Source: Candidatus Binatia bacterium (lineage in GTDB: Bacteria; Desulfobacterota; Binatia; UBA9968; JAJDTQ01). Taken from it: a DNA stretch of 64,000 nt. The notes beneath the pieces are model-generated. The model saw only the letters and a program-made list of their open reading frames with translations. It was not told the origin of the DNA and ran no database searches. The position numbers and the translations under genes were made by a program. The stretch is taken from assembly GCA_963666515.2 (NCBI GenBank), contig OY762897.2, positions 3,104,001 through 3,168,000 of the forward strand. The letters run 5' to 3'. Below are positions 37,839 to 47,108 of the stretch, piece by piece (within the stretch, counting starts at the first letter, position 1; each line of letters opens with the position of its first letter).

Positions 37839-40256
37839 CTATCGGTTTCCCCTGGCCTCCCGGATGAGCGACCACAGGTAGTGGGGCGTGAGCGGCAGCC
37901 GGCGGACGGCGATGCCCAGGGGCTTGAGGGCGTCCTCCACCGCGTTGGCCAGCACCGCGGGCGGACCCACCGTGCCGGTCTCGCCGGCGCCCTTGAAGCC
38001 GCCGGGCGTGAACGGGTTGGGCGTCTCGATGTGCTCCAGCACCATCTCCGGCATCTCCATGGCCGTGGGCAGGAAATAGTCCTTGAAGCTGGCCGCCAGC
38101 GGCTGGCCTTCCTCGCTGTAGGGCAGCTCCTCGTACAGCGCGCCGCCGAAGCCGTGGGCCAGCGCGCCCACGTGCTGGCCCCTGACGATGAGCGGGTTCA
38201 GCATGTTGCCGCAGTCGTGGACGGAGACGAATTTCAGGATCCTCAAGAGCCCGGTGTCGGCCTCCACCTCCACCGCCGCGGCCTCGGCGTCGTAGGGGAA
38301 GCTGCTGAACATGGCCACGCGCCCGCGCTCGTCGGCCTCGAACTCGATGTTGGGATCGCGGAAGTGGTACAGCGTCTCCAGCCCCGGGTCCATGCCCTCG
38401 GGCAACTGGAACGGGTAGAAGTACGCCACCCGCGCGATCTCCGAGAGGGACACCGTCTCCGCCGGGCGGCCTTCCACCGACACCTGCCCGCCGGCGAACA
38501 CGAGCCCGCCGGGCGGGTGCCGCAGCATCACCGAGGCAATCTGCGTGATCTTCTCCCGGAGCGCCCGCGCCGCCAGGGTCACCGCGGTGGTGCCCACCAC
38601 CGAGAAACGGCTGGAGTAGGAGCCGGAGCCGTAGGGGCAGGCCAGGCTGTCTCCCTCCACCACCATCACGTCATCGAACGACACCTGCAGCTCGTCGCCC
38701 ACGAGCTGCGAGATGGAGGTGGCGTGGCCCTGGCCCTCGTCGCTGCCGCCGGGGAAGACGTAGACCTTGCCGTTGGGGTCCATGCGCATGCGCACGCTGT
38801 AGTAGCCGGCGTTGTAGGAGCCCATGCGGGTGGAGCTGGACGGCTCGATGACCAGACAGGCGCCGATGCCCAGGTAGCGGCCCTCGGCCGCGGCCTCCTT
38901 CTGCGCCTTGCGCCAGTGGTCCACGTCCAGCAGCTCCAGCGCCTTGTCCAGCGCCTCGCCGTACCGGCCGCTGTCGTAGCGCGGCCCGGTGACGGAGCGG
39001 TACGGGAAGGCGTCCGGCGGGATGAAGTTGCGCCGGCGCACCTCCACCGGGTCGAGGTCGAGGTTCGCGGCGATGCGGTCCACCATGCGCTCGATGACGA
39101 AGCACGCTTCGGATTTGCCGAAGCCCCGGTGCGCGCCGTAGGGGGTCTTGTTGGTCACCACCCCCTGCACCTGCCCCTCGTAGTTGGCGATCCGGTAGGC
39201 GCCGGGCACGAACATGCCGGTGGTCACGATGGAAGCCAGGCCGCCGGTAGGATAGGCCGCGCCGATGTTGGCCACGATGCGGTCCCTGACCCCCAGGATG
39301 GCGCCGTCCCGGCGCACCGCGGCCTCGATGTGATGGGTCTGCTCGCGCGCGTGGATGGTGCCGGTCATGTGCTCGCGCCGGGTCTCCACCCACTTCATGG
39401 GGCGGTTCACGAGAATGGACAGCAGCGGCACCAGGATCTCTTCCGGGTAGAACGCCCACTTCTGCCCGTAGCCGCCGCCGATGCGCCGGAAATTCACGTG
39501 GACCTTCAGGCCCGGCAGCCCGATGGTGTTCTCGACCAGCGTGCCGATGGCGTGGCCGATCTGGGTCGTGCTCCACAGGCTCAGGGTCTTGACGCTGGCG
39601 TCGTAGTCGGCCACCACCGCCCGGGTCTCGATGGGGGTGCCGGTGAAGCGGCCGCTGTGGATGGTCTCCCTGACGATGACGTCCGCCTCGTTGAACGCGG
39701 CATCGACGTCGCCGCCCGAGACCCGGAACGTCAGCATGACGTTGTCGTCCCAGTCCTCGTAGAGGCGCTCGGAGCCGGGCTCCAGGGCGGCCGCGGAGTC
39801 CACCACCGGCGGCAGCGGGTCGAGGTCCACCTCGATCAGGTCCAGCGCGTCCTCGGCGATGTACCGGTCCGTGGCCACCACCGCGGCCACGGGCTCGCCC
39901 ACGAAGCGCACCTTGTCCCATGCCAGGCAGTAGTGGTCGAAGAACTTGATGGTGGGGTTACCGCGCTTGAACGGGTCCCGGCTCTGGAACGGGAACGGCG
40001 ACAGCGGGTTGACGTAGCCCAACTCTCGAACCTGCTCGCCGGTCAGGCCAGCCACCACGCCGGGCAGCGACAGCGCCTTGGAGAGGTCCACGCTGCGGAT
40101 GCGCGCGTGGGCCGCGGGGCTCCGGTACACCACCACGTGCAGCATGTCCGGCAGGTCGATGTCGAAGGTGTAGCGCGCCTGGCCCCGGAGGATGTCCGGG
40201 TCCTCCTTGCGCGGGACCGGGGTGCCCACCAAGGGCGGGCGCGGAGCGGCGCTCAT
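37839..40256 (-). CDS. Xanthine dehydrogenase/CoxL-like molybdopterin-binding large subunit
   Basis: RKED...RG, SP.AHARI, IGGGYGQK, AHRGFGK loop, GQGH.T, HDCG..LNP, KGAGE.G. Confidence 0.92.
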   Translation of the reverse strand: MSAAPRPPLVGTPVPRKEDPDILRGQARYTFDIDLPDMLHVVVYRSPAAHARIRSVDLSKALSLPGVVAGLTGEQVRELGYVNPLSPFPFQSRDPFKRGNPTIKFFDHYCLAWDKVRFVGEPVAAVVATDRYIAEDALDLIEVDLDPLPPVVDSAAALEPGSERLYEDWDDNVMLTFRVSGGDVDAAFNEADVIVRETIHSGRFTGTPIETRAVVADYDASVKTLSLWSTTQIGHAIGTLVENTIGLPGLKVHVNFRRIGGGYGQKWAFYPEEILVPLLSILVNRPMKWVETRREHMTGTIHAREQTHHIEAAVRRDGAILGVRDRIVANIGAAYPTGGLASIVTTGMFVPGAYRIANYEGQVQGVVTNKTPYGAHRGFGKSEACFVIERMVDRIAANLDLDPVEVRRRNFIPPDAFPYRSVTGPRYDSGRYGEALDKALELLDVDHWRKAQKEAAAEGRYLGIGACLVIEPSSSTRMGSYNAGYYSVRMRMDPNGKVYVFPGGSDEGQGHATSISQLVGDELQVSFDDVMVVEGDSLACPYGSGSYSSRFSVVGTTAVTLAARALREKITQIASVMLRHPPGGLVFAGGQVSVEGRPAETVSLSEIARVAYFYPFQLPEGMDPGLETLYHFRDPNIEFEADERGRVAMFSSFPYDAEAAAVEVEADTGLLRILKFVSVHDCGNMLNPLIVRGQHVGALAHGFGGALYEELPYSEEGQPLAASFKDYFLPTAMEMPEMVLEHIETPNPFTPGGFKGAGETGTVGPPAVLANAVEDALKPLGIAVRRLPLTPHYLWSLIREARGNR

Positions 40257-40744
40257 GGGGTCCCTCCCTCGGGTTTCATGCGCCGGGCCGCGGACTGCAC
40301 CGCCTCGGTCACGGGAACGTAGCCGGTGCAGCGGCACAGGTTGCCGATGATCCCCTCGCGTATCTCTTCGGCGGAAGGGGCGGGATTGTGCGCCAGCAGC
40401 GCGTGCGCGGACATGACCATGCCCGAGGTGCAGAAGCCGCACTGGAGCGCGTGCGTCTCCTGGAAGGCCGCCTGCAACGGATTCAGCTCGCTCCCGTCGG
40501 CGAGGCCCTCGATGGTAGTCACCTCGCGCCCGTCTGCCTGCACCGCCAGGAAGGTGCAGGACTTGGCGCTCTTGCCGTCCATGACGACGGTGCACGAGCC
40601 GCAGTTGCTGGTGTCGCAGCCGTAGCGGGTTCCCTTGAGGCCCACCACGTCGCGGATGTAGTCCACCAGCAGCATGCGCGGCGGCGCCTCGCCCTCGTGC
40701 GCCGCGCCGTTGACGGTGATGCGGATCTTCGCCTTACCGGACAT
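40253..40744 (-). CDS. CoxS-like 2Fe-2S subunit
   Basis: GC...CGSCT...SC and QCGFCT..M...CRCTGY. Confidence 0.95.
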   Translation of the reverse strand: MSGKAKIRITVNGAAHEGEAPPRMLLVDYIRDVVGLKGTRYGCDTSNCGSCTVVMDGKSAKSCTFLAVQADGREVTTIEGLADGSELNPLQAAFQETHALQCGFCTSGMVMSAHALLAHNPAPSAEEIREGIIGNLCRCTGYVPVTEAVQSAARRMKPEGGTP

Positions 40745-40803
40745 GGGGATACCCCGCGCGGCCGGTCCCGGTTCCGTAGCCGGCGGCAATGCGGCTGCTC
40801 TCT

Positions 40804-41706
40804 CTAACGGACATGGCCGCCTTTCACGTTCTCACCCCAGTGGCGCCGCAGCGCGATGTCCACGGCTTTCCTGAACAATGCGCCGCATACCGCCCGCTTG
40901 TAGTCGCTCGACCCGCGCACGTCCGCCAGCGGGTTCGCCGCATCCGTCACCCGCTCGGCCGCGGCGTCCACCACCTCGGGAGCCACGGGTTGCCCGCAAA
41001 GGGCTTCCTCGGCCGCGACCGCCTTGATGGGCGTGAGTCCCGCCGCCCCCAGCGCCACCCCGGCCTTCGTACAGCTCCCCGCGCCGTCCAGCTCGAGCTG
41101 CACCGCCACGCTGGCCACGGCGAAGTCCCCGGCCCGGCGCTCCATCTTGAGATAGGCCCCGGCGCTGCCGGTTGAAGGCACGGGCACCTGAAGCTCGGTG
41201 ATCACCTCGTCGTCCGCCAGCACGGTCGTGTAGGCGTCCACGAAGAACGACGCCGCGTCCACCACCCGGACCCCCGCCGGGCCAGTGCACTCCACCCGCC
41301 CCTCCAGCGCCTGCATCACCGGACCCCAGTCCCCCGCTGGATCCGCCTCCGCCAGCGCCCCGCCCAGGGTCCCCCAGCCCCGCACCTGCGCGTCACCGAT
41401 GACCCCGGCGGCTTCCGCCATCAAGGGCAGCTTCTCGCGGGCGACGGAGGAGGCGCCCACCTGCGCATGAGTGGCAAGGGCGCCGATGCGCACCACCCCG
41501 GCCGCGTCGTCCACACGCACGTCCGACAACCCTCCGACGCGCCCGATGTCGATGACGTGGGCCGGCTGGACCAGCCGCAGCTTCATCAACGGCACGAGGC
41601 TCTGCCCGCCCGACAAGAGCTTGGCGCCCTCCCCCGAGCGCTGGAGGAGTTCAATGGCGTGTTCCACGGATTCGGCGACGGTGTAGTCGAAGGAGGCGGG
41701 GTACAT
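40804..41706 (-). CDS. CoxM-like FAD-binding subunit
   Basis: MYPASFDY, GGQSLVP.MKLR, QVR..GTLGG...ADP. Confidence 0.93.
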   Translation of the reverse strand: MYPASFDYTVAESVEHAIELLQRSGEGAKLLSGGQSLVPLMKLRLVQPAHVIDIGRVGGLSDVRVDDAAGVVRIGALATHAQVGASSVAREKLPLMAEAAGVIGDAQVRGWGTLGGALAEADPAGDWGPVMQALEGRVECTGPAGVRVVDAASFFVDAYTTVLADDEVITELQVPVPSTGSAGAYLKMERRAGDFAVASVAVQLELDGAGSCTKAGVALGAAGLTPIKAVAAEEALCGQPVAPEVVDAAAERVTDAANPLADVRGSSDYKRAVCGALFRKAVDIALRRHWGENVKGGHVR

Positions 41707-42019
41707 GGGTTGGGTAGGTTCGAGACGCTAGTTCGAGCCAGGGCTCATTTCTGCCAGTGGAGCCTCAGCCGCGCGACACTCGCCGTTGATAACGCAACCC
41801 TGATGTCGAGTCAAACCTCGTGAGCCTATCGCAAGTGAATCCCTCGGCGGCCCTAAGGATGAGTCCTAAGCCGCCGATAGTAGTTGAAGGGGCCGGTCAC
41901 GGAGGCACTTCGACAATGGCCGGCATTCGATCAAATGACAGCCAAATATGCTTGAAACTCGCCATGCGGGATCATATGATGTCCAATAATGGATTCTCGT
42001 CGTCGCGTCGGAGCAGATC

Positions 42020-42376
42020 TTGGACGTAGACGAGGCAACGAGGCGCCATTTGCTGGTTCTCGCCAAGAGGAGAAACGCCCGTCGCACCGAGTTCAGTCGT
42101 GAGATACCGACCGATTGGCGACCGAGACAGGTCCGCAACCCGAACGCGCTGTTTGAGAACCACTTCACCGACGCCACCGCTTGGGAGTTCATTGCATCCA
42201 AAATCGAAGCCGGCCACCCAGTAGAGACAATTCAACTGGACAAACCACCAGGGGCGAAGGGTTACGTCATGAAGATCGATATGGGGCCCGGACAACCCCA
42301 ACTCTACGTCAAGCTCCAACTGCGTTCCGGACAGATAGTCGGACGTAGCTTTCATTACTCCGAACACGAAGGTTGA
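42020..42376 (+). CDS. MqsR-like putative toxin
   Basis: C-terminal LYVKLQL......SFHYSE resembles the YxKL...SFH end of MqsR-type RNases; lies directly before an MqsA-like gene. Confidence 0.6.
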   Translation: MDVDEATRRHLLVLAKRRNARRTEFSREIPTDWRPRQVRNPNALFENHFTDATAWEFIASKIEAGHPVETIQLDKPPGAKGYVMKIDMGPGQPQLYVKLQLRSGQIVGRSFHYSEHEG

Positions 42377-42387
42377 GGGAACCTGAC

Positions 42388-42942
42388 ATGGAATCACGAA
42401 GTTCAACGACGCCGCCAGAGACGCCACGGCTGGAGTGCCCACTATGCGGAGGTGATGGCGTCAGGACCATTATGCACCGCCACACGTTCACCTACGGAAC
42501 CGGCGAATCCGCCTTCGACGTGAAGGTGGACCTGCCGGTGCGTCGCTGCGGCCCCTGCGACTTCGAATACCTCGACGATGTGAGCGAAGAACTGCAACAT
42601 ACCGCGCTCTGCGAACACTTCGGTGTGCTGACGCCCAACGAGATTCGTCGCGTCAGGGAACATCACGGGATGACACGCGCAAGGTTTGCCGAGGTCACTG
42701 GCATCGGCGAGGCTTCGCTGAACCGCTGGGAGAACGCACTCAACATCCAGACGCATGCCTACGACAGATACCTTCGACTGCTGGCCCTGCCCGGAGTCAT
42801 GCAGCAACTGCAGGAGATCGTGGAGAGGCGACCGTCCGTGAGAACGGATACGAGCGAGGGTGAAGATCGGTTCCGAACGCTGGAGATCACCGACGACACG
42901 CGCAGGGGCCAGGAGTCTTTTCGACTCCGCCCGGCCGCTTGA
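42388..42942 (+). CDS. MqsA-like zinc-finger + XRE-HTH antitoxin with C-terminal extension
   Basis: CPLC...CGPC, LTPNEIRRVRE..GMT...FA...GIG.ASL.RWE....Q...D..LRLL. Confidence 0.85.
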   Translation: MESRSSTTPPETPRLECPLCGGDGVRTIMHRHTFTYGTGESAFDVKVDLPVRRCGPCDFEYLDDVSEELQHTALCEHFGVLTPNEIRRVREHHGMTRARFAEVTGIGEASLNRWENALNIQTHAYDRYLRLLALPGVMQQLQEIVERRPSVRTDTSEGEDRFRTLEITDDTRRGQESFRLRPAA

Positions 42943-42947
42943 TCCTC

Positions 42948-43802
42948 ATGTACGTTACGACCTTCTATTCGTTCAAGGGCGGCGTCGGCCGGACCATGGC
43001 CCTGGTGAACGTGGCTGTCGCGCTCGCCAACAGGGGCCATCGTGTCCTCGCAGTGGACTTCGATCTGGATGCACCCGCACTGGACACCTTCGACGTCATG
43101 CGGCCCCGCGAGCAGGTGCCCGGCATCATCGACTTCGTCAACGAATACCTGGTTTCGGGGCAAGCCCCGGATGTGCAACGTTTCATTGGCGAGACCGCCC
43201 ACACAGGCGGAAAGGGCGGCGGACTGTGGCTCATGCCGTCCGCCCGGCGCGAAACATACTCCGCCAACTTCCACCATATCGACTGGAGGGCGCTTTACGA
43301 GGAGCGGGACGGCTATCTGCTGTTCGAAGACCTCAAGGAGCAATGGAGACGCTTCGTCGAGCCCGACTACGTTCTGATAGATTCGTGCACGGGACACACC
43401 GACGCCGGCGGCGTTTGCACGCGCCAGCTCCCCGACTCCGTGGCCGTCTTGTTCATTCCAAACGAACAGAACCTGCGCGGCCTCACACGGGTGGTCCGGG
43501 ACATCCGAGCCGAAGCCTCGGAACCGCGCTGCAAGGCCATCACCCTACACTTCGTCATGTCCAACGTGCCCGACCTGGACGACGAAGACGGCGTCCTGAG
43601 CGACACGATCAAGGCGTTCCAGGAACAGCTTGGCTTCCGGCGCGAGCCCTTCATCGTGCACAGGAACGACAGCCTGTCCTTGCTCAATCAGGTAGTGTTT
43701 ACCCGGGATCGCCCGACAAGCCGTCTGGCTCGGGAGTATAGAGAACTGGTCCGAGAAATCGCCGGACACGACGCGGTCGAACGCGAGGGCACGGTGGGGT
43801 AG
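42948..43802 (+). CDS. ParA/MinD-like ATPase, KGGVGR-motif variant
   Basis: TFYSFKGGVGRTMAL.NVA, VDFDLDAP, DYVLIDS.TG, PNEQNL.G. Confidence 0.85.
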   Translation: MYVTTFYSFKGGVGRTMALVNVAVALANRGHRVLAVDFDLDAPALDTFDVMRPREQVPGIIDFVNEYLVSGQAPDVQRFIGETAHTGGKGGGLWLMPSARRETYSANFHHIDWRALYEERDGYLLFEDLKEQWRRFVEPDYVLIDSCTGHTDAGGVCTRQLPDSVAVLFIPNEQNLRGLTRVVRDIRAEASEPRCKAITLHFVMSNVPDLDDEDGVLSDTIKAFQEQLGFRREPFIVHRNDSLSLLNQVVFTRDRPTSRLAREYRELVREIAGHDAVEREGTVG

Positions 43803-43857
43803 ACAGCCGTCCGGCGCGACAAGTCTCCGCCCCGGGCACAGCCGGACACCAACACCC

Positions 43858-44499
43858 ATGGTCGATATAGGTTCACTTCACATAACCGGCATGCAGTGGC
43901 ACGCCGGGCGCCTGTGGCTTACGTCCGCCGGCACATCCATGGTGTTGACCTACGACCCTGCCACTGAATCCTGCGAGGAGATCCTTTCACTTCCCGATGT
44001 GTGGCACGCCTGCCCGTCCAGCGAAGGCGTCTGGCTCATCGCGGGCGGGGGCCGGTTGGGCCAGCAACTGCTCCTCTGGTCACCCGAAACGAACCGGATG
44101 ATACGCCGTTTCGACTGCCCGGACGGCGCCGCCTCCGGCGTCACGGTCGTGAACGACAAGCTGTGGCTGAGCCACCGGCGCAACCGCAAGCTCTTCTGCA
44201 TGGACCCGGAGAAGGGCCGGAACTTGTGGACGATCCGCATGGAGCACCAAGTCCTCAGCCCCACGTCTTATGGGGACGAACTCTGGTGCGTCGAATGCGA
44301 CCCTGGGCCCCTCGGCGACTGGAGTGATGAGCGCCAGGCGGTCTACGCCTTTCTCCACTACGACCCGGTGCGCGAACAGGTCGTGGAGCGCATTTCCGTC
44401 CCTTTTCGCCCGGCGTGTCTGGCCTTGAACAGCGGACAGTTCTGGTATGCCCTGGATGACGAAACCGGGGTGCGCTCCCGGACCAGGCCGGCGCCCTAG
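43858..44499 (+). CDS. Hypothetical protein, probable beta-propeller
   Basis: Recurring G...LW and D/SP.T units about 40 aa apart. Confidence 0.6.
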   Translation: MVDIGSLHITGMQWHAGRLWLTSAGTSMVLTYDPATESCEEILSLPDVWHACPSSEGVWLIAGGGRLGQQLLLWSPETNRMIRRFDCPDGAASGVTVVNDKLWLSHRRNRKLFCMDPEKGRNLWTIRMEHQVLSPTSYGDELWCVECDPGPLGDWSDERQAVYAFLHYDPVREQVVERISVPFRPACLALNSGQFWYALDDETGVRSRTRPAP

Positions 44500-46175
44500 G
44501 ACCGGCTCACCTCCGCCGGCTGCATCCGGCAATGGCAGGACGAAGCGATCTCCACGTCGCTCCGGGCAAGCGCCGCGGCCAGCGACGGCGCAACGGCTGC
44601 GGCCTCCCGGTCGCGGCCCATGCGTTGCAGGCACTCGTGGTAGCCGTGCAGGCTCCAGACGTTGTCGCGGTTCTGCAGGCAGCGTCTGACGGTATCGTCA
44701 AGGCCGAGGTCCGCCCGGTAGACCTGTTCGGCCTCCTCCAGTTGTCCCTGCTCCAGCAGCAGGGCGCCGAGGGCGTGGCGGGGCGGATGCATCCACGGCC
44801 AGGGTTCGCTGTAGCGCAGGCGGTCGTTGAGACGGACGGCCTCTCGCAGGTGCGCGAAGCCGGCCTCGTGGTTTCCCTTGTGGTAGGCCATCTCTCCGTA
44901 AAGCATCTCCCGGGCAACGGCCATGACGTTGAGCGCGGTGTCGTTGGCGTAGATGCGGTCATCGGGCAGGGCGGCGCAACCGGCGTCGAAGCGTGAGCGT
45001 TCCCTGTCTGCCGCCTCGAAGTCACCGAGGGCAGCGTGGGCGACCCCCTTGGCATAGTGGACCATGAGCATCGTGGTCACGTAGAGCTCGGGGTGAGCGG
45101 GCATGGGGGCGGCCACGATCTCGTGCCACCGCCCGAACCGTACCGGCACGTGGATGGTCCCGGAGCGGAAGTAGTCCAGGGTCTGGACCAGGGTCGGGCG
45201 GTCCTGGCGGAGCAGCTCCGGCGTTACGGCCTCATCGATCATCCGCGCCGCCTCGTCCGCGCTGCGGTAGTCTCCCAGCAGCATCCCCGCGTTCATCATG
45301 GCGTGGAGGTGGTGGCAGCGGGCGGTGGTGTAGAAGTTGAACGGGCCCGCGTGTCGCGCGTACTTCCGGTCGGCGGCGGCCGCCATCCGGCTTACCTCCA
45401 GCCCATCCGCGTAGCGGCCGCACTGGAAGTAGATATGGGTAGGCATGTGGTCGAGGTGGCCGTTGTCGGGACAGAGGGGGCGCAGTTGGTCCGCCGCGGC
45501 AAGGGCGTGCTCGGGTGTCCGCGACATCTCCATCACGTGGATGTACATGTGGAGCATGCCCGGATGCGGCGGCTGTCCACGGTCGTGCCGTTGCCGCATG
45601 CCCGTCTCCAGCACTTCGCGGGCCTCGACCGTATCGGCGCCTTCCGCCGGCTTACCGGTGTCGAGGTCCCAAAGCTCCCAGGGCGTGCGGGTGATAAGGG
45701 CCTCGGCGAACAGAGCGACCACGTCCGAATCTTCGGGGAACCGGCGGTACACGCCGCGCATGGCCGCGGCGAACGCATCGTCCCACGCCGAGAACTCCTC
45801 CACCGCACCCGCCACGCCGCGCGGGTACCGCTCCGGCAGCGCCTCGATAAGGGCGCGCTCGACGGGAGCGGCGCCCCGGCGCCGCGCCATGGCCGCCCCG
45901 GTGGCGGCGAAGCAGTTGGCGAGGGCGGCCTGGCGCTCCGTTTCGCTCTGCCACTGCCAGGGCAGGTTGATGAACGGCCCCGCGGCAAAGGCCTCGCCCC
46001 AGCGGGCCATGGCGCAGGACGGGTCGGCACGCTGCGCTTCCCGGAAGCAATGCACCGCCTCCTCGCGGTTGAAGCCGTAGAACCACAGAAGCCCGCGGTC
46101 GAACCAGCGTTGGGCGTCGCGGTTGCTGGTGGTGATCGGCCGGGAATAAGCGCCGAGGTCGAATTCGTAACCCAC
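44496..46175 (-). CDS. Tetratricopeptide-repeat protein
   Basis: AQ.WFDRGL...YGFN.EEA, H.YIH..E, HMPTHI, PPRHALGALLL, NVWSLHG. Confidence 0.8.
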   Translation of the reverse strand: MGYEFDLGAYSRPITTSNRDAQRWFDRGLLWFYGFNREEAVHCFREAQRADPSCAMARWGEAFAAGPFINLPWQWQSETERQAALANCFAATGAAMARRRGAAPVERALIEALPERYPRGVAGAVEEFSAWDDAFAAAMRGVYRRFPEDSDVVALFAEALITRTPWELWDLDTGKPAEGADTVEAREVLETGMRQRHDRGQPPHPGMLHMYIHVMEMSRTPEHALAAADQLRPLCPDNGHLDHMPTHIYFQCGRYADGLEVSRMAAAADRKYARHAGPFNFYTTARCHHLHAMMNAGMLLGDYRSADEAARMIDEAVTPELLRQDRPTLVQTLDYFRSGTIHVPVRFGRWHEIVAAPMPAHPELYVTTMLMVHYAKGVAHAALGDFEAADRERSRFDAGCAALPDDRIYANDTALNVMAVAREMLYGEMAYHKGNHEAGFAHLREAVRLNDRLRYSEPWPWMHPPRHALGALLLEQGQLEEAEQVYRADLGLDDTVRRCLQNRDNVWSLHGYHECLQRMGRDREAAAVAPSLAAALARSDVEIASSCHCRMQPAEVSRS

Positions 46176-46190
46176 GGGTTGCTTCCTTGC

Positions 46191-47108
46191 TCAGTGCCGC
46201 CGGACGCGCGGATCCAGCGCGTCGCGCAGCCCGTCGCCCATGTAGTTCACGCTCAATACGGTAAGCGAAATGGCCAAGCCCGGCCAGAGGACGCGCGCCG
46301 GGGCGATCTCGAGGAACGGGACGCCGTCGAAGAGCAGCCGGCCCCAGGTGGGGAAATCGGAGGGGAAGCCCAGGCCCAGGAAGCTCAGGGCGCTCTCGGT
46401 GATGATCGCGTTGGCGATGCCCAGGGTGGCGGCGACGGTGATGGGGCTCAGGGCGTTGGGCAGGACGTGGCGCAGGATGATGTAGCGCGGGGCCGCGCCC
46501 ACGCCGCGGGCGGCGATGACGAACTCCCGTTCCTTGACGGCCAGCACCTCGCCGCGCACCAGCCGGGCGGTCTGCATCCAGCTCGTCAGGCCGATGACCG
46601 CCACGACCAGGATGAAGATGCCGGCCTCGGGTCCCAGGGCGGCGCGCAACGGATCCCGGAACAGCATGATGCCCACCAGCAAGAGCGGCAGCACCGGCAG
46701 CGCCAGGAAGAGGTCGGTGAGGCGCATGAGCGGACCGTCGAGCCCGCGGAAGAAACCGGCCATGACGCCGACGAAGGCGCCGAGGGTCAGCGACAACACC
46801 ATGGCGGCGACCCCCACGGCCAGGGAGATCTGCCCGCCCGCCAGCACCCGCGCCAGCGTGTCGCGGCCGAGGTTGTCCGTGCCCATGGGATGCGCCAGGG
46901 AAACGCCCTGGTTGCGGGACAGGTAGTCGAGATACTGGGGATCGACGCCGTAGAGCGCGGCGCCCAGCAACACCCCCAGCGCCATCAACGCGAACACCGC
47001 GGCGCCGGCCACCGCGCCCTTGTGGCGCCGGAACTGCTGCCACACGCCCCGGGCGGGCGGGCGATGCTGCGGCGCCGCGGCCGTGAGATCCGCGGAGGCG
47101 TCAATCAT
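46191..47108 (-). CDS. Peptide ABC transporter permease (OppC/DppC-like)
   Basis: HPMGTD.LGRD, AR.VRG, EF..AA...GA, H.LPN, ESALSFLGLG. Confidence 0.93.
   Translation of the reverse strand: MIDASADLTAAAPQHRPPARGVWQQFRRHKGAVAGAAVFALMALGVLLGAALYGVDPQYLDYLSRNQGVSLAHPMGTDNLGRDTLARVLAGGQISLAVGVAAMVLSLTLGAFVGVMAGFFRGLDGPLMRLTDLFLALPVLPLLLVGIMLFRDPLRAALGPEAGIFILVVAVIGLTSWMQTARLVRGEVLAVKEREFVIAARGVGAAPRYIILRHVLPNALSPITVAATLGIANAIITESALSFLGLGFPSDFPTWGRLLFDGVPFLEIAPARVLWPGLAISLTVLSVNYMGDGLRDALDPRVRRH

Noticed and set aside
37839-40256. Aerobic CO dehydrogenase (coxL form I)
   Set aside because: Lacks the AYxCSFR copper-binding loop.
37881-40322. Long antisense ORFs (also 8241-9971, 17649-19433, 32405-34468, 34213-36204, 45036-47159)
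   Set aside because: Shadow frames of well-supported genes in high-GC DNA, with no recognisable motifs.
41707-41760. GTTCGAG twice, suggesting a tRNA T-loop or attachment site
   Set aside because: No cloverleaf or acceptor stem can be formed, and no matching repeat was seen at the other side of the module.
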